From: Bugula neritina
Taxonomy: Eukaryota; Animalia; Bryozoa
Length of the DNA stretch: 64,000 bases
Assembly: GCA_964035545.1 (NCBI GenBank)
Contig: OZ037766.1
Location: forward strand, 6,500,722-6,564,721
Direction: 5' to 3'
The notes under the pieces were generated by a model. The model did not search any database and had not been told where the DNA came from. It saw only the letters and a program-made list of their open reading frames with translations. The translations under genes were made by a program, and so were the position numbers. Shown here one piece after another: positions 12,001 to 24,678 of this stretch (the first letter of the stretch is position 1; each line of letters begins with the position of its first letter).

Positions 12001-15000
12001 CTCTCAACTGGTTAACAACGGTTCTGCCTTGAGTTTCAATAAGCGTCAGACTGACCTAACATTTACCTGCGTTGAAAAGTCCTTGGACAGATTGTGTACC
12101 TACAGCGACAATGTTGGGTAATGGTTTTTCTAATTCGTATAACTGTATAACTTTGCATAAGTTTGTTGTATTTAAAAATTTAATGGTTTAATTTCGTATT
12201 TTCTGTGTTTTATAATTAAACAAAACTTGTGGTGTTTCATTTGTATAACCACCTCTTGACAGATGCTACAACTTGGCTTAACCTTTTTAGAAATAATCAA
12301 TAGATCAATGTGAAGATGCAATTTTTCCCCGATTATGTGTACTATTACTATTATTCTACCATTTTACTGTTTCTACTCATATTATATTTTTACAACTTTT
12401 TTTGTAAGGGATTTAATGTAGAGTTCGTTAACCTCAATGCTGTTTTGCAGGTCAACAATAGATCTGGATTCTGCCAAGAAAGAGTTTGATGATGAAACTG
12501 GAGTCAGCGTGATTGGTTTACATAAGCCATACAGAGCTACGAGCACCTTCACAGTTATAACACCTAAGCCTGTGGTAAGCTCAATCTAGTAGATTCTCGT
12601 CTCAACCATTCTAATTATTGCAAAGATTCTATTTTCTATAATAAGCAAGTTTTAAATGGTGTCTCAAGTAGGTTTTGCTGACTGTTTAGAACCCAGAACT
12701 TGCGTTGCTATCACACAGGAAACTTTGTCTGTAGGTTTCTGGCCCGGTGAGTGGGGACTACTACGGACTGATGGCGTGGTGGCCGTTCCTCCTATTGGCT
12801 GCTCTGATTCTAGCGTTAGCTCTGCTCGGTATCTTCCTTCTGCTGTGCTGCGCTCAGAAGTAAGTGTGTTCACTGTTTGTGACAGGAACTAGTACAAATG
12901 TGCGTATGTACAGTGCTCCTTCCATATCTCACAGTTCCATTTCTCACGGGATTCCATAGGTCATGAGAAGGGCTTAAACCCCTGTTTTGTGGCTTATGTA
13001 TGTGTATATAAGAACAAAATAGCCTAATTTAACGGATCCATGAGTTAAATATGGTATTCTACTATGTCAGGAATTAAGGTTTCTGGACTTGCAGCTTAGT
13101 GAGATATGGAAGGAGCTCTGTATTTGTTTGATATATCTATGTAAAGCAATTTTATTGGTTGGAGAGCCAGTTTGATGTACCAACTTGATAGATGCGTGAA
13201 AGCAATAATATATTCATATTACTCACATGCAGTGCTCATATTATTAACTATTATATGACGACAGAGTTATATCTCCTATTATGACAGTCTTTCATGTCAA
13301 ATCCTCAGGTTTGCCTTTTGGTAAATTTTTAAAGGAACTGAATTATTCTTTAAGATAATTTGTATGTACAAATTTCAGAATTATTGATATTAAAATTTTG
13401 TCGATTAGAGGGATGGACAATGAATATTCTGTTTCTGTGAAAAGATTCTTTAGCTTGTAATAAAACAATTACAATTTAATATGATGATGACAGTCACGGT
13501 ATCTTTACGCTCCGCAAATAAAGCTGTACAAACTTAGTCTCTCAGTCTCTCAGTCTCTCAGTCTCTCAGTCTCTCTGGTGTATTTATGTGAACCTTCAGC
13601 TGCTCATTATCAATTTCCATTAGTACAATCAAGAAACTCTGTAATCTTTCTCAGGTTTTCCCCTGGTTATTCCGTGTATAATCAGTGCAGAATTGTTCTC
13701 TCTCTAATAATGTACTTTGATAAACTATCGTTCTGTTGACCTAGATGGAGACGTCATTATAAAGCTGGAATGTATAGCGCCAACTTGGCTACTGCCCAAA
13801 GAAATGGATACGGCTTTGAGCATGGGTCAGCCTACAGTGAAAGTGTGATAGTGAAAAGCAAAGACTTGGAGGAACAGGTAAGAGAAACTAACTCTGAAAA
13901 TAAGCATTTGGTGAGGTTTAAACATTACAGCTACCTATTGTAATAATAAAAACATATTTAATAACAATTCTACTAACCATACTAATATATATTTATAGTC
14001 TGATAAATTTTACTACAATTGTTAGCTAATTACCTCCTTATATTAATGATATAGTAGAAATAGAATTATGGTAGAAAATTTTCTAATACTAACTTTTAGG
14101 TTGCATTTTGACTCTAGCTTTTCTTAAATTTTAAAGCAAGTTAAGTTTTTGATTTATTAAATTGTGCCAAGGGTTTATAATTTGTAAGTCTTTTAATTCT
14201 CAATATTCGATTATATGAAATAATGATTTAGTTTCACTGGCAAGTCTTTGAAGAAATCTTTAATGGAATGGTTATTATAATAAGCACATATAGTTTTCAT
14301 ATGCTAACAAGACATTTCTTAGTTCAGTGTCATTTTCATCATTTCTAATACAAAATAACATTATACACAACAATTTACTTATAATACTGTATAGTGTATA
14401 CTATTATATTATATCACATTATATTATATCATATTTTATTATATTATATTATATATTGTATAATGTAAACTACTGTATTTACAGAGTCTATGCATGTACG
14501 TACCACCAGAAGGAAATAATGAACTCGGTGAAATTAACTTTGCCTTTAGCGAGGCAGCGTTGGCCCAAACCCAACAAGGAGCAGCGCAAACTGCCACAGT
14601 TGGGATGACCAATGGTCACGCAGGCAAAGGGTAAGCAATAATTACCATAACATATGCAGTGTGTATTAATATTGTGTTTCTGCTCCTCATTGTATTTTCT
14701 TTATTGAGATGCTGACTAACATAAACTCAGTTAGCATCATATGATTTGCATACATTTATTAATATAAGTACATTATATTACTCAGGTTGCACATTTATTA
14801 AATTTGCATATTGTATTTCCATAGTAGCACTTGATGTACAACCTGTTACCTTAGCTGAATTGATTAATGACTTTCATTATTAATTACACAAATACTGACC
14901 AAAGGCACCTTCTGAAAGTTTTTAAGAATACGACATTGCGCTGTGCTTTTACAGTTAGTTGTTCTACTCAGATTAAGGTGTGCTTACTATAGCTAGGCCA

Positions 15001-15460
15001 TGTATTGGATAGTTATATTGAACATCATAGAGTTATCTTCTTTTTATTACAATAGCATGGAGAGGATAACTCTAAGATTGTAATAGATTCACTTCAAAAA
15101 ATTTTTTTATAATGTAGAGGTCGTGAGGAAACTGAAGAGATTCAGCAGTCGTACAGTGAGTATCATCACACCGATGAAGCAGATGGACGTTTCCACGGTG
15201 ACGGCCATTTTGATACAGTGGATACTGCCACTAGGGGGCAGCATGTTTCTAACAGCACATTGGGTAGAAGTAGTGGAGGTCTTGTTGGTGGAGGTACGGC
15301 TCACAGAAGTGGTACAATGACCAGAACGGATGTGATAGTGGATGGTCTGGGAGCTCACAGCACGCATGGTAGTGGTTATGGCACCACTACTGTTGAAGAG
15401 CAAACAGTCACCCATAATGATGGATATGAAGAACAAGAACATAATAGGAAATTTTACTAG
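64..15460 (+). CDS. Non-classical cadherin, Cad99C/protocadherin-15-like (5' end outside window)
   Basis: Exons 64-338, 496-668, 1343-1541, 1788-2042, 2232-2370, 2590-2734, 3318-3585, 4372-4517, 4811-4965, 5376-5554, 5945-6432, 6670-6864, 7875-8116, 8985-9208, 9301-9480, 9722-9841, 11609-11786, 11985-12117, 12451-12574, 12735-12859, 13745-13877, 14485-14630, 15118-15460, all GT-AG. Repeated EC motifs (ATDKGTP, AVDADAGRNG, DINDNKP, LDFE), a non-EC membrane-adjacent domain (ENRMVLVL...DVIVEKV), TM WWPFLLLAALILALALLGIFLLLCC, tail with LEEQSLCMYVP ending HNRKFY*. No EGF/LamG or catenin-binding box seen. Cadherin call is firm; the subfamily is inference. Confidence 0.9.
1227..1298 (+). tRNA. tRNA-Gln(CTG), intronic in cadherin
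   Basis: GGTTCCA...TGGAACC-T acceptor stem, anticodon arm CAGGA-CT CTG AA-TCCTG, T-loop TTCAAGT, followed by a T-run Pol III terminator at 1301. Confidence 0.97.
2486..2558 (+). pseudogene. Decayed tRNA-like element (tRNA pseudogene or SINE head)
   Basis: 73 nt with A-box TGGTGGAATTGG, B-box GGTTCAAATC, partial acceptor pairing GCCCCTG/TGGAGGC-A and a T5 run downstream; D, anticodon and T stems pair poorly. Confidence 0.6.
3001..3217 (-). mobile_element. tRNA-derived SINE, V-SINE-like (copy 1, near full length)
   Basis: Aligns by eye with copies at 6992, 20210, 21707, 47878; on - strand has A-box TGGTCTAGGGG, a degenerate B-box and body TAGGAAGAGCATCTAG resembling the V-domain motif GGAAGGGCATCC. 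Confidence 0.8.
5007..5078 (-). tRNA. tRNA-His(GTG), intronic, antisense to cadherin
   Basis: Reverse complement GCCATGATAGTATAGTGGTTAGTACTTCGCGTTGTGGCCGCGAAAACCCAGGTTCGAATCCTGGTCATGGCA; A-run at 4999-5006 is the terminator; no genomic G-1, as usual for eukaryotic tRNA-His. Confidence 0.97.
6992..7213 (-). mobile_element. tRNA-derived SINE, V-SINE-like (copy 2, full length with TSD)
   Basis: A-box TGGTCTAGGGG, B-box GGTTCGAGCTC, body AGGAAGAGCATCCAG; 14-bp direct repeat TACACCTAGTAGAT at 6978-6991 and 7214-7227. Confidence 0.88.
8848..8919 (+). tRNA. tRNA-His(GTG), intronic, sense to cadherin
   Basis: Identical 72-nt sequence to the 5007-5078 copy, opposite orientation; T6 terminator at 8920-8925. 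Confidence 0.97.
9908..9980 (-). tRNA. tRNA-Lys(CTT), intronic
   Basis: Reverse complement GCCCGGGTGGCTCAGTCGGTAGAGCATGGGACTCTTAATCCCAGGGTCGTGGGTTCGAGCCCCACCTCGGGCG; full cloverleaf; A5 run just upstream on + is the terminator. Confidence 0.97.
10660..10732 (-). tRNA. tRNA-Lys(CTT), intronic, second copy
   Basis: Identical to 9908-9980, unrelated flanks, A8 run at 10648-10655 as terminator. Confidence 0.97.
11482..11555. repeat. Short minisatellite (TGTGTACTGTCAGTGTAG-like) upstream of acceptor 11609
   Basis: About 3-4 imperfect 18-bp units visible directly. Confidence 0.75.
12911..13120. mobile_element. Tc1/mariner (pogo/Tigger-like) MITE, 210 bp
   Basis: TIR CAGTGCTCCTTCCATATCTCAC ... 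GTGAGATATGGAAGGAGCTCTG (1 mismatch), flanked by TA on both sides; related copy at 31196. Confidence 0.85.
13537..13576. repeat. (AGTCTCTC)5 tandem repeat
   Basis: Seen directly. Confidence 0.85.
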
Positions 15461-15937
15461 ACACTCTCAAAATATATTAAATGTTATAATTTATTATACT
15501 ATTTACACTAAATACTCGGTCTACTTATTGCTTTTACCCCAGTGTTTACTCATTCTTTTCTTTATATGCTAATTGCTGCAATTTTTTAATGATGAAATTC
15601 CCCACTTTCAATCATTCCACATATTGTACTATTTTTAAATGGCTCTGCATGTGTTCTATATATATTTGTTTTTATACTTATTCTTGCTTAGAGGTGCTCC
15701 ATTCAAATCACTGATTATACTTATTTGGCCATTTATTGACTATAAATTTATTGACTAAATTCTATTGACATTGGGCTTTGTGTTTTTACTAACTATTGTA
15801 AGCATTTATGGGTTAATTTGTTTTACCAATTTTCAACTAAAATATATAAACATAATACATTAAAATTTCTTCTACTGACTGCAGTTACTCATTAGCAGTT
15901 ATTTAGTATTAGCTCTAGTACAAGCTACATTCTACTA

Positions 15938-16090
<153 letters not shown>

Positions 16091-18398
16091 GCTTATTCTA
16101 TTCTATTGACAAATAACCAGTTATCAGAGCATATACAGAAGAAAATAACTTAGCAGATGTTGCGTGCATGTGATGTGATGTACTATTTATAATAGAGAAG
16201 ATTATGGGAGATTGGAAGTGGTATGTTGGCCAAAAATGGCATAGGAATAAATTTTACAAAGAATTTTATTTTTCATCTTTATTCAGTTCTTTTGTTTGGC
16301 TGACAATAGTTGCATTTCGGCTTATATAGGTTTTCCTGCTATAGCTTAGATGAGTCATATCAGTGTAGCTGTTTCCAGCTTTGTCCTGCTACAGCTGTTA
16401 GCTGTTTGCTATTCCTGTGTATTAGTCATGCGCATAAATGGTACTTCAACGTTAATATAGTTGAAATAATATAGGCAGCACAGTTCAATTATCTATCACA
16501 GACCTGAAGTTTACATATATTACTTCCACCAGGGGGAACTAATAAGAGAAGGAAGCAAGATAGGAGCAAGGTACCTCTTGTTGTATCATAACTTACTTTT
16601 TTCAACATGACATTAGGATTTGCTGCATGAAAGCTTTGTTTAAATAATTTGCGCCTCAATTTTGTGGGAATGTCTAAAGAAACGAAATTTAAGGTTGCTG
16701 ATTGAAAAAACAGTAATAAATTCAGCAATTTTAGAGGGTTTAATGTAAAAAAGTGCAATTTATCTGCATGACTCAAGTCTGCAAGTTTTATCAGTAACTT
16801 GTGATTATGAAGACTGCATAGCAAAATAGAATCATTATAGAATTTTGTGAAAAAATTTAGAGTTTAAATTTATCAAAAGTTAGTTTACCTGTTTTAAAAC
16901 TGTTTCTGTGCTTATGCAATTTATTGATAAAATTATTGTGTTGCTTAAAATTTAATTTTGCTGTTCTGCAAAACACTAGTTGATTTTTTGTGAATCATAA
17001 ATGCCACCTGTAGCTAAAAAGTAACTGCTTATGTTTGGAAGAGATTATAGATTAGCATTAAGAATTTCAACTATTTTTAAGCAGCTATCTGTTGATATAT
17101 TATATTACAGTAATTACATAACTTATTAAATTTTGAAGCACGTTTGGAATTTGAATATTTTTATTGTACTAAATTGTATTTAATTATCTAGTCAAGTTAC
17201 ATATATTTTTAATGCACAATAAGTGTTTCCAACACCTATGGAACTATAAATATTTGGGCACAATGGAGTTTCTATAATGCGTTGATGCTTGTTTAAGTAT
17301 TCTTTCAGCAAGTAGAAACCCACCCTTGAATTCATCTGCCATCCCTCCAAACTAAATACATATTCCAATGTAGTAAATATTTTTTATTCTTGCCACTTGA
17401 TCAATCTTTGTTACACTACATGCATCTTGAAGACCTTTAAAACTTTTAGCTGACCCAATTTCTGGGTCATATGATGTATATGTGGATTTAGCAGCTAGTT
17501 TCGTATAGTTTATTATAATCTGTTGTAAATCTTTTCATTATCAAAATTAAATACTTTTTTTAGGCAGCTGTGCCACATACATATAGTGCAAATAACTCTT
17601 AATTATAATCTCCAAAGCTTTAGCGTCATGTAAGTGTATTTTCTTTTTAAGCAGATCTTGACAGTTGAGTTGTTTCCTTGTGATTCAATAGATTATATTG
17701 CAGCAACGTCAGTTTTATTCTTAATGCTTGTCTAAAAAGACTTTTTACAGCAAGTTTTTTTATGGTAATAAAGAAATTAATTTTTAATTATCTTCCAATA
17801 ATTTTGCTGGGTTTTTTTATCATAAATTGCTTCTAACAAGAGGCAAGTAATGTAAAAATTTAAATAAGTAAAATTCTTCAAAGACTTAACACTGTTGTTC
17901 AACAGCTATACATTTGGAATAGACACTATTCGCATAGTATATAGTCCATATATAATTAAAACTGAAGTATCCCATGGTACAATGTATAATATCATATATT
18001 GAACAAAGTAGTTATCTGCCCAATATATAAGAAAAAAACACTAAACCATTGGCAACAGATTGTTACAAAACAACTACTATAAGATTATAAATAGATTAAT
18101 AAACAAATATTGCAATATCATGTTACATTACTGGCACTACTACTTGCTATTGCTGCACAGGCATAATAAATTAGAATATTTCAACAATATAGTAAGATTA
18201 ACAACAACCTATTAAATTAAAGTGAGTAAAACACTCTTGGAGTATATGAAACTGTGAATTCAACAATTCACTAATGAATAAACAAATAAATAAATACAAT
18301 TTAATTGCACTAAAATGAAAACAATTGAGACACAAATAATTACAAAAACATCTGGAACAAGAAATATTTTAAATATTTGTCATGATGGCGAGAATCTT

Positions 18399-21300
18399 CT
18401 ATCCACACTTCATAGCTTCAACACTTTCTCGTAACATTTCAATTTTATCTACAACATGAAAAATTCATATCATTTGTAAATGCTGCATGATATAGATATT
18501 ATAGCATCCAAGCAAATATACATAAGTGTATATAATTGAATAAGAAACTGCTATATAAAACCTTAGTTTAATTTGAAATAATGCACATTCTTTAGTACAG
18601 AATATACTGAAAAATGCCAATTTGAGAAAGCAATTTGTTTTACAAAGTTTGTGACCTGATTTACTCCATTCTTAAAACTGTGAAATATGAATTATTGTAA
18701 ATTTCATTAAACCCATAGTTTATGAAAATGTATCATGACACACCAATCTATCCACAACTAGTAATCACCTTCACTGAGATTGCCGATGATGGACTGCTTT
18801 CTAAGAAACTCTAAGCACCATTCCATGTGTAAACCAAACGATCTCATGTTGTACAAAAAAGTCCTAAAAAACAAGATTAAAAGTTTACAAACCCTGCAAA
18901 GGCAACTTTGAGTCTGATTGCAAATAAAGCAACATATTTGCAAATATTAAAGGCAAGCATCAATAAAAATAGCCGGCAGTTTACAAAAAGCAGCAGGTGT
19001 CAGCAGGTGTTGGCAGCTAGAGTAATGTCAGGAAGGTACTTTGTTACATGAAGCTTTGCTCAGACATCAGACTAAATAATTGGGAGTTAAACGATTTTCT
19101 AGCCATGAGCTCACATGCAGAGCTACATGCAGAGCTACATGCAGAGCTACATGCAGAGCTACATAACACTAACCCAAGCTGACCAAATATAATATTCTCC
19201 TGAAATAGTCTATCCTGGACTTCTTCGTCTGCATCATCTTTGCTACAAGAAAATACAGCAGGTGCTAAATACAGTCAGGTAGATGCATTTGGTATACTTA
19301 TGATGGGAAATAGTACTGGAGTCCATTAGAAAACTTCTTGGAACTGCAGGGCCCAGGGTGATTACATGTCTGCTTCAACTACTTATTTCTATTGTAATAA
19401 CTTAGCCTACATTACATAATACCAGCTAAATGCTGCAGGCGTTAAAACGTAAATGGCAGTTTCAAAACCAATAAACAGCAAGGATTTAATTGTTAAAATT
19501 TGCTTTATTCCAAGGAACTAAAAATAGCTGTCAATTTATTTTAAGCCTCGCAAAGCCAAAGCTTACAGCAAATGGCATGAAGTTAAGATGCTTGGTAATC
19601 ATCTAGATGCAGCAGCTAGGATAAATGAAATAACTAAATTGAATTTGATGTAGGTTGAACTGCACTATAAGCTATAAGAAATGTTTATAATTACTGTTTA
19701 CAATTTGCAGCAATTATTTGCCATCATTGACACAAAATATCTCGTCAAAATGAATCACTTGAATAGAGTTTCGCCAGTACCGATTGTGGCTTCATTCGAA
19801 TAACCTGTTCCCATCGAATGACAAATACATTCACACAATGTGAACTTTGGACATGTAGTTTGAGCAGACAACTCTTGTATAATAAAGGAGCTGAGAGTTA
19901 AATAGAGAAACCGTGGAATATCAATAGTGATAGAGTGAAATCTAATAATTTAACTGATTAGTTTCATTGATTCAATACTTGAAAGATCATTGAATAAACA
20001 CAACACATCGCTACAGATAACAATATAAGTGTGCTGTCTTGTACAAACTCAAACTTTTTGATTAACACTTTCCTCTACTTACATAGAAACCTACACGACT
20101 GTGTAGCAATTTTAACCCTATACAGATGTAAACTTTCAAAGATTTTCTTTCTACTGTAAGCTATATAAAATTTGCTTAACCACGATTTTTCATTTTAAAA
20201 CTGATGTGGGTTTATAGTCACTATCCCTGTGAGAACTCCCTGATAGAAAGAATTTCTTTGAAGTAGGCTAAAGACTTATTCATATGTGGCACAAGAGTAA
20301 TTTTGACTGGATGCCCTTTCTAACATCACCAATTTTTCCTAATATAAGCTGGTGAGTTCAACAAAAATAATGCAAATTTTGTTGCAGCTAGAATGGAAGA
20401 TAACTTACTTAGTTGTAAGAGGTTTTCTGACTCGCTCCTTCTGTACAGACTCGTAAAAGGCAGCATTCCAATAGCGCATTGATTGCCAAATTGGCTGACT
20501 CTTTAAATTAGTGTAGAGAAAATTCTTTTCAAGTTTACCACCTCTTGTCACTATAAATAACCACAACAAACACCAAGTATGTAAACAAGTATAGCCCTAG
20601 TCTTTCGGTCAAAGATAATAGCCCAAGTTGTAAAATATTAGTGGCAATCTTTAGTGTACAATATATAATATGATGCTTTAATTTAATCACCCTATAAGCT
20701 TTAGAATGGTAGACTACTAATGAAGAATTATGGGACTGTGTGATTGGAGTTATGACATCATGGCTGTTGGTGCAGATAAAAAGCTTTGTGATAGCTGACA
20801 ACTGAATGAACATGCGGACAGCTGGGGACTCAAGATTCTAGTGGGAACCTGGTAAGTTAGACTAATCTTACAACTAGTAGTCTATACATGGAATTTAGCT
20901 TTCACAATACATTTTCCATAGAAATCAGTTGCACCTGAGAATTTTATACAATAGTGACAACTGCTAAAACAGATGTCGATGTTTTAGCTTCTAAGAATTG
21001 GTTGCTCAGCTAACGAATGCATTACTTGTGATGGTAATAGAACATTCAATTTAGTTACAACTTGGCATAGACTAGAGCAAAATTTAGTTTTATAGTCTTT
21101 TATATTACATATCATGATTTCACTAGTTCACCACCTGTAAGCAGGAACCATAAAAAGAGTTGTTCATTAAAAATATTTGTTATATTTGCGTGGTGGAAAG
21201 CAGTGATGCAGGAAAGTTAGTAACCATTGTAAACAATAAATTTAAGAACTCATTAGAAATAGTAATTGTAGTTGTTGTAATTTACTGGTTATAGTCGAAA

Positions 21301-24300
21301 AACAAAAACTACTCCAGCAGACTAACAGAAAATAACATCATGGTGTTGAAGATAGCGTGCTGCTTCAGCTTCAACTGTACACTAAGCCGTCTACGGAACT
21401 AGATATTCCCTTGGTCATTGGTAGACAAACCAAATCAATATAATCCCAGGTGACTGCAGGTAAACCCAGACAGCCGATACAGATGTGACGAAATTACCTT
21501 CAGCTTTATGAATTAATCTATAATGTTGGATAATTGGACATGCCACTGGAAGTAAGTTGAAGCAATTAGTTTTTAGAGGCTGGTAATTAGCTGACCAACA
21601 AGCCTGGAGTGCGAGTGTTCCCTGAGGATGACTGAGTGCGTGTCTACAGCTCTACTGCTTTCCTCATAACGTGATTGTAAACAACTCAGTGTTAGATATA
21701 ATTAAAAAAAACTCATGCAAGTTTATAGTCACTATCCCTGTGAAAACCCCTGATGGAAAGGGTTTTTTTAAATAGGGCTATGGACTTACTCGTATGTGGC
21801 ACATGAGCAATTATTACTGGATGCTCTTCCTAACATCATTGCCAGTGTTCTCACTGACCAGTGTTTAATAGGCTCAGTATTTGAAATAAGACCAAACAAA
21901 TTAATAGATGTTGTAGTGGTAACCTAAAACTAACAATTCCTGATTCAAGTAACGATTTTCTGTATAATATCAAATATAATAGCTTATAACTACTGCATAC
22001 TATAACTAGTCACTAAATGACTAATACTCATGACTAACACTTATGACTAGTCACTATTACTTATTATTAGTCACTATTACTCAAGACTAGTCACTAATAC
22101 TTATGACTAATACTTATGACTAGTCACTAATACTTATGACTAGTCACTATTACTTATTATTAGTCACTATTACTCAAGACTAGTCACTAATACTTATGAC
22201 TAATACTTATGACTAGTCACTAATACTTATGACTAGTCACTATTACTTATGACTGATTACTAATACTAACCCTCGTGGTAAAAAGTGAAGCACATATTCA
22301 TGAGTATCACAGCTGGAGAGAAATCATCTGCCTCACTGCATTCAAACAGAATGAGTGCAAAGTACTGCACCAACCGGTAGAAGGTCTGTTCCCCAACCGC
22401 CTTGTTGCTGCTTCTCTACATAGAGTAATCATACTGAATACATTGGAGAGATAACTCCAACAGATAAATCCAGCTTGCCTTAATGTTATGTTAAGAAGGG
22501 AATCTTACCAACCTTCTCAGAAATAGCTCTGGCAAATTGAAGCCTGAAATTTCCATCCTGCAAAAGCAAGATTTTATTATTCTAGTAAACATTTACATTT
22601 AGTAGACTACAAAGTCATTTAACTACACAGCTGAGATTCTATAATTTGTCAGAAAAAGCTCTTCAACCAATAATTCACATAAACTGTTCCATTGAAACAT
22701 ATAAATAGAAAGGCAATTCTAAAATATCTGCAAAAAATGTTTTTGCTCGTTTGAAAAGAAAGTAATAGTTTTATACTCTTACCTGAATGAACTCAGCCAA
22801 CATGTTCTTTTCATCAGAAGTTGGTGTAGCACTGGGAAATACATAAGCACGCTTAGTTACTACTGGGTCTACTTGAAATGAATCAGCAATGGTCAATAGT
22901 GTGTGTTATATCTCATTCCCAAATATTACAGTACAGCAAGGGTTCGTTCAAGGGTTAAGTTTAGAATTAAATGAATTTTGTAGACATCTCTTTTGCTGAT
23001 AGTAAGATTGCAGTAAGAAAAGTTGCCTGGGCATAAAACAAAGCAGAAACCTTACAAACCTTGTCTATAAAATCTTAACCAGGCAACAACAAAAGGATGC
23101 CCTTCCAACTACAACTTTATAGCTACCAGTACAGGTTAATAAGACTATACAAATATCAGTGGGAAGAGCACTGCAATGTTAGTGTGATATAATAATTTTG
23201 TGTAGAAAATTATTGCATTTAAAACATTTAAAAAAGATTGAAAAAAAAATTAAAAATTAAAAATAATGAAATGAAGGGATAAATCTGCAGTGGTACTCAC
23301 TCTGAGAAGATGAGATTAACAAACTTGTTGGCGTACTCTTTGCACCTCTTGGATTCTTCGTCTTCCAGAGTTTCTAGTGAGTTGATAGACTCGAGGGAGT
23401 TGGACTTACGAGAGGGGAACTCTGAGTATATCGGCTCAGAAGATTCATCTCTGCCAAATCATAATGACAATTATTCTAACTTGAACACATATGAGTCCAT
23501 TTAGCAAACTGTATATATAGTTCAACTGAAAAGTGGGCAATCAAGATAGGCAGGTATCATATTTCTATTGGCTTATTGGTTAAAACTTTGGCCCACTGCT
23601 ACTGCTTTAATTCATAGACAAATAATTTGTGATTTTATCATTACTTAGTGAAACCTAGAAGTAGCAAAAAGAACTGTCAAATTAACTGCAACCTGCTGTT
23701 ACACATTTTAAACTTCAGATCATTATTTTATTGTATATTATTATTATATATTATTATTATTGTATATTACTCATCTAATACTATCAGAATGACTCACCCT
23801 GATGACTCATAGTCAAACACTCCATCATCTTCATGGTGTACTATAGTTTCAGATATCGAAGAAGCAGCTGAACTCAGATTCTGAATAGAGTCAAAATTTA
23901 TAAGGTTGCTGTTAGAAACAGTTAGAGTACACTTTTTACTTTTCAAAAGTTTTTCACTGCTCTTTCCATCTGCAAATGAGAATTCTTGCACAGCTTTAGA
24001 CGGGCTAACCAGAGCCGTACTAGTGTCTGGTTCCAGTAAACCATTCTTCAACTGAGCAGCGACAGTGTCCATGTAAACTTCTTCAGCTGTAAAACTATCC
24101 TGTTTCTTACCAAGCCGTTTCCTACGTGAGGCAGTTGATGGAACCATTTGTGACTCATCAGTGACCTTGACTTGTACTGGAGGCGGAGCTGACCCAGCAT
24201 CACTGCCAATGGCTATGTCACTGTTGTCCTCAGAGCTGTTGTCTGCTGTGTCTATCAATGGCGCACACTCCGGCTCACTTCCACGCAACTTCGTACTACC

Positions 24301-24582
24301 AGCATCTGAAGCTGCTTCACCATTCTCATACATCTTAACTCGCTGTAACTTTTCCTTAACTGTGTCCATGAAAGTTTTACCACTATTCACCGATTTGTTA
24401 CCAGAGTCAGACTCAGCGTCACTGACATCTGCACTTACTTTATCAGACTTTATTTTAGAAGTAAAGTCATTCCACAAAGTGGCTCGTCTATTAGAGAGAG
24501 ATTCTAAAATACCAGAAGGCTTTTCTCCACTTTCTTTTTCTGGATCAGAATTCAAACTGAGTCTTTTCCTTAGGAAATCCAT
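18399..24582 (-). CDS. KIAA0513: KIAA0513-like protein (SBF1/SBF2 domain)
   Basis: Exons (minus) 24582-23798, 23450-23301, 22831-22783, 22557-22513, 22415-22271, 20550-20409, 19242-19174, 18863-18769, 18448-18399 join in frame. Peptides [89 protein letters not shown]...[11 protein letters not shown] match remembered KIAA0513 motifs. Acceptor just before the ATG implies upstream UTR exon(s). Confidence 0.88.
19115..19164. repeat. (CATGCAGAGCTA)4 tandem repeat next to a KIAA0513 donor
   Basis: Seen directly, about 10 nt into the intron from the donor at 19173. Confidence 0.85.
20210..20332 (-). mobile_element. V-SINE-like copy 3 (5'-truncated, no tRNA head)
   Basis: Matches the 3' half of copies 1/2 up to TAACATCACCAAT. 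Confidence 0.8.
21707..21838 (-). mobile_element. V-SINE-like copy 4 (5'-truncated, no tRNA head)
   Basis: Matches the 3' half of copies 1/2 up to CCTAACATCA. Confidence 0.8.
22004..22270. repeat. Minisatellite (TACTTATGACTAGTCACTA(A/T), ~20 bp) abutting a KIAA0513 donor
   Basis: More than ten imperfect units running up to the donor at 22270. Confidence 0.9.
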
Positions 24583-24628
24583 CTCCTGCCTGTATCACAA
24601 CACATGGTGGAATAGAGCGAGCAGCTAT

Positions 24629-24678
24629 AGCACATGCCAGCACATGCTAGCACATGCCAGCACATGCCGGCTCACATG
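24629..24678. repeat. (AGCACATGCC)~4-5 tandem repeat near the acceptor of the first KIAA0513 coding exon
   Basis: Seen directly. Confidence 0.8.
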
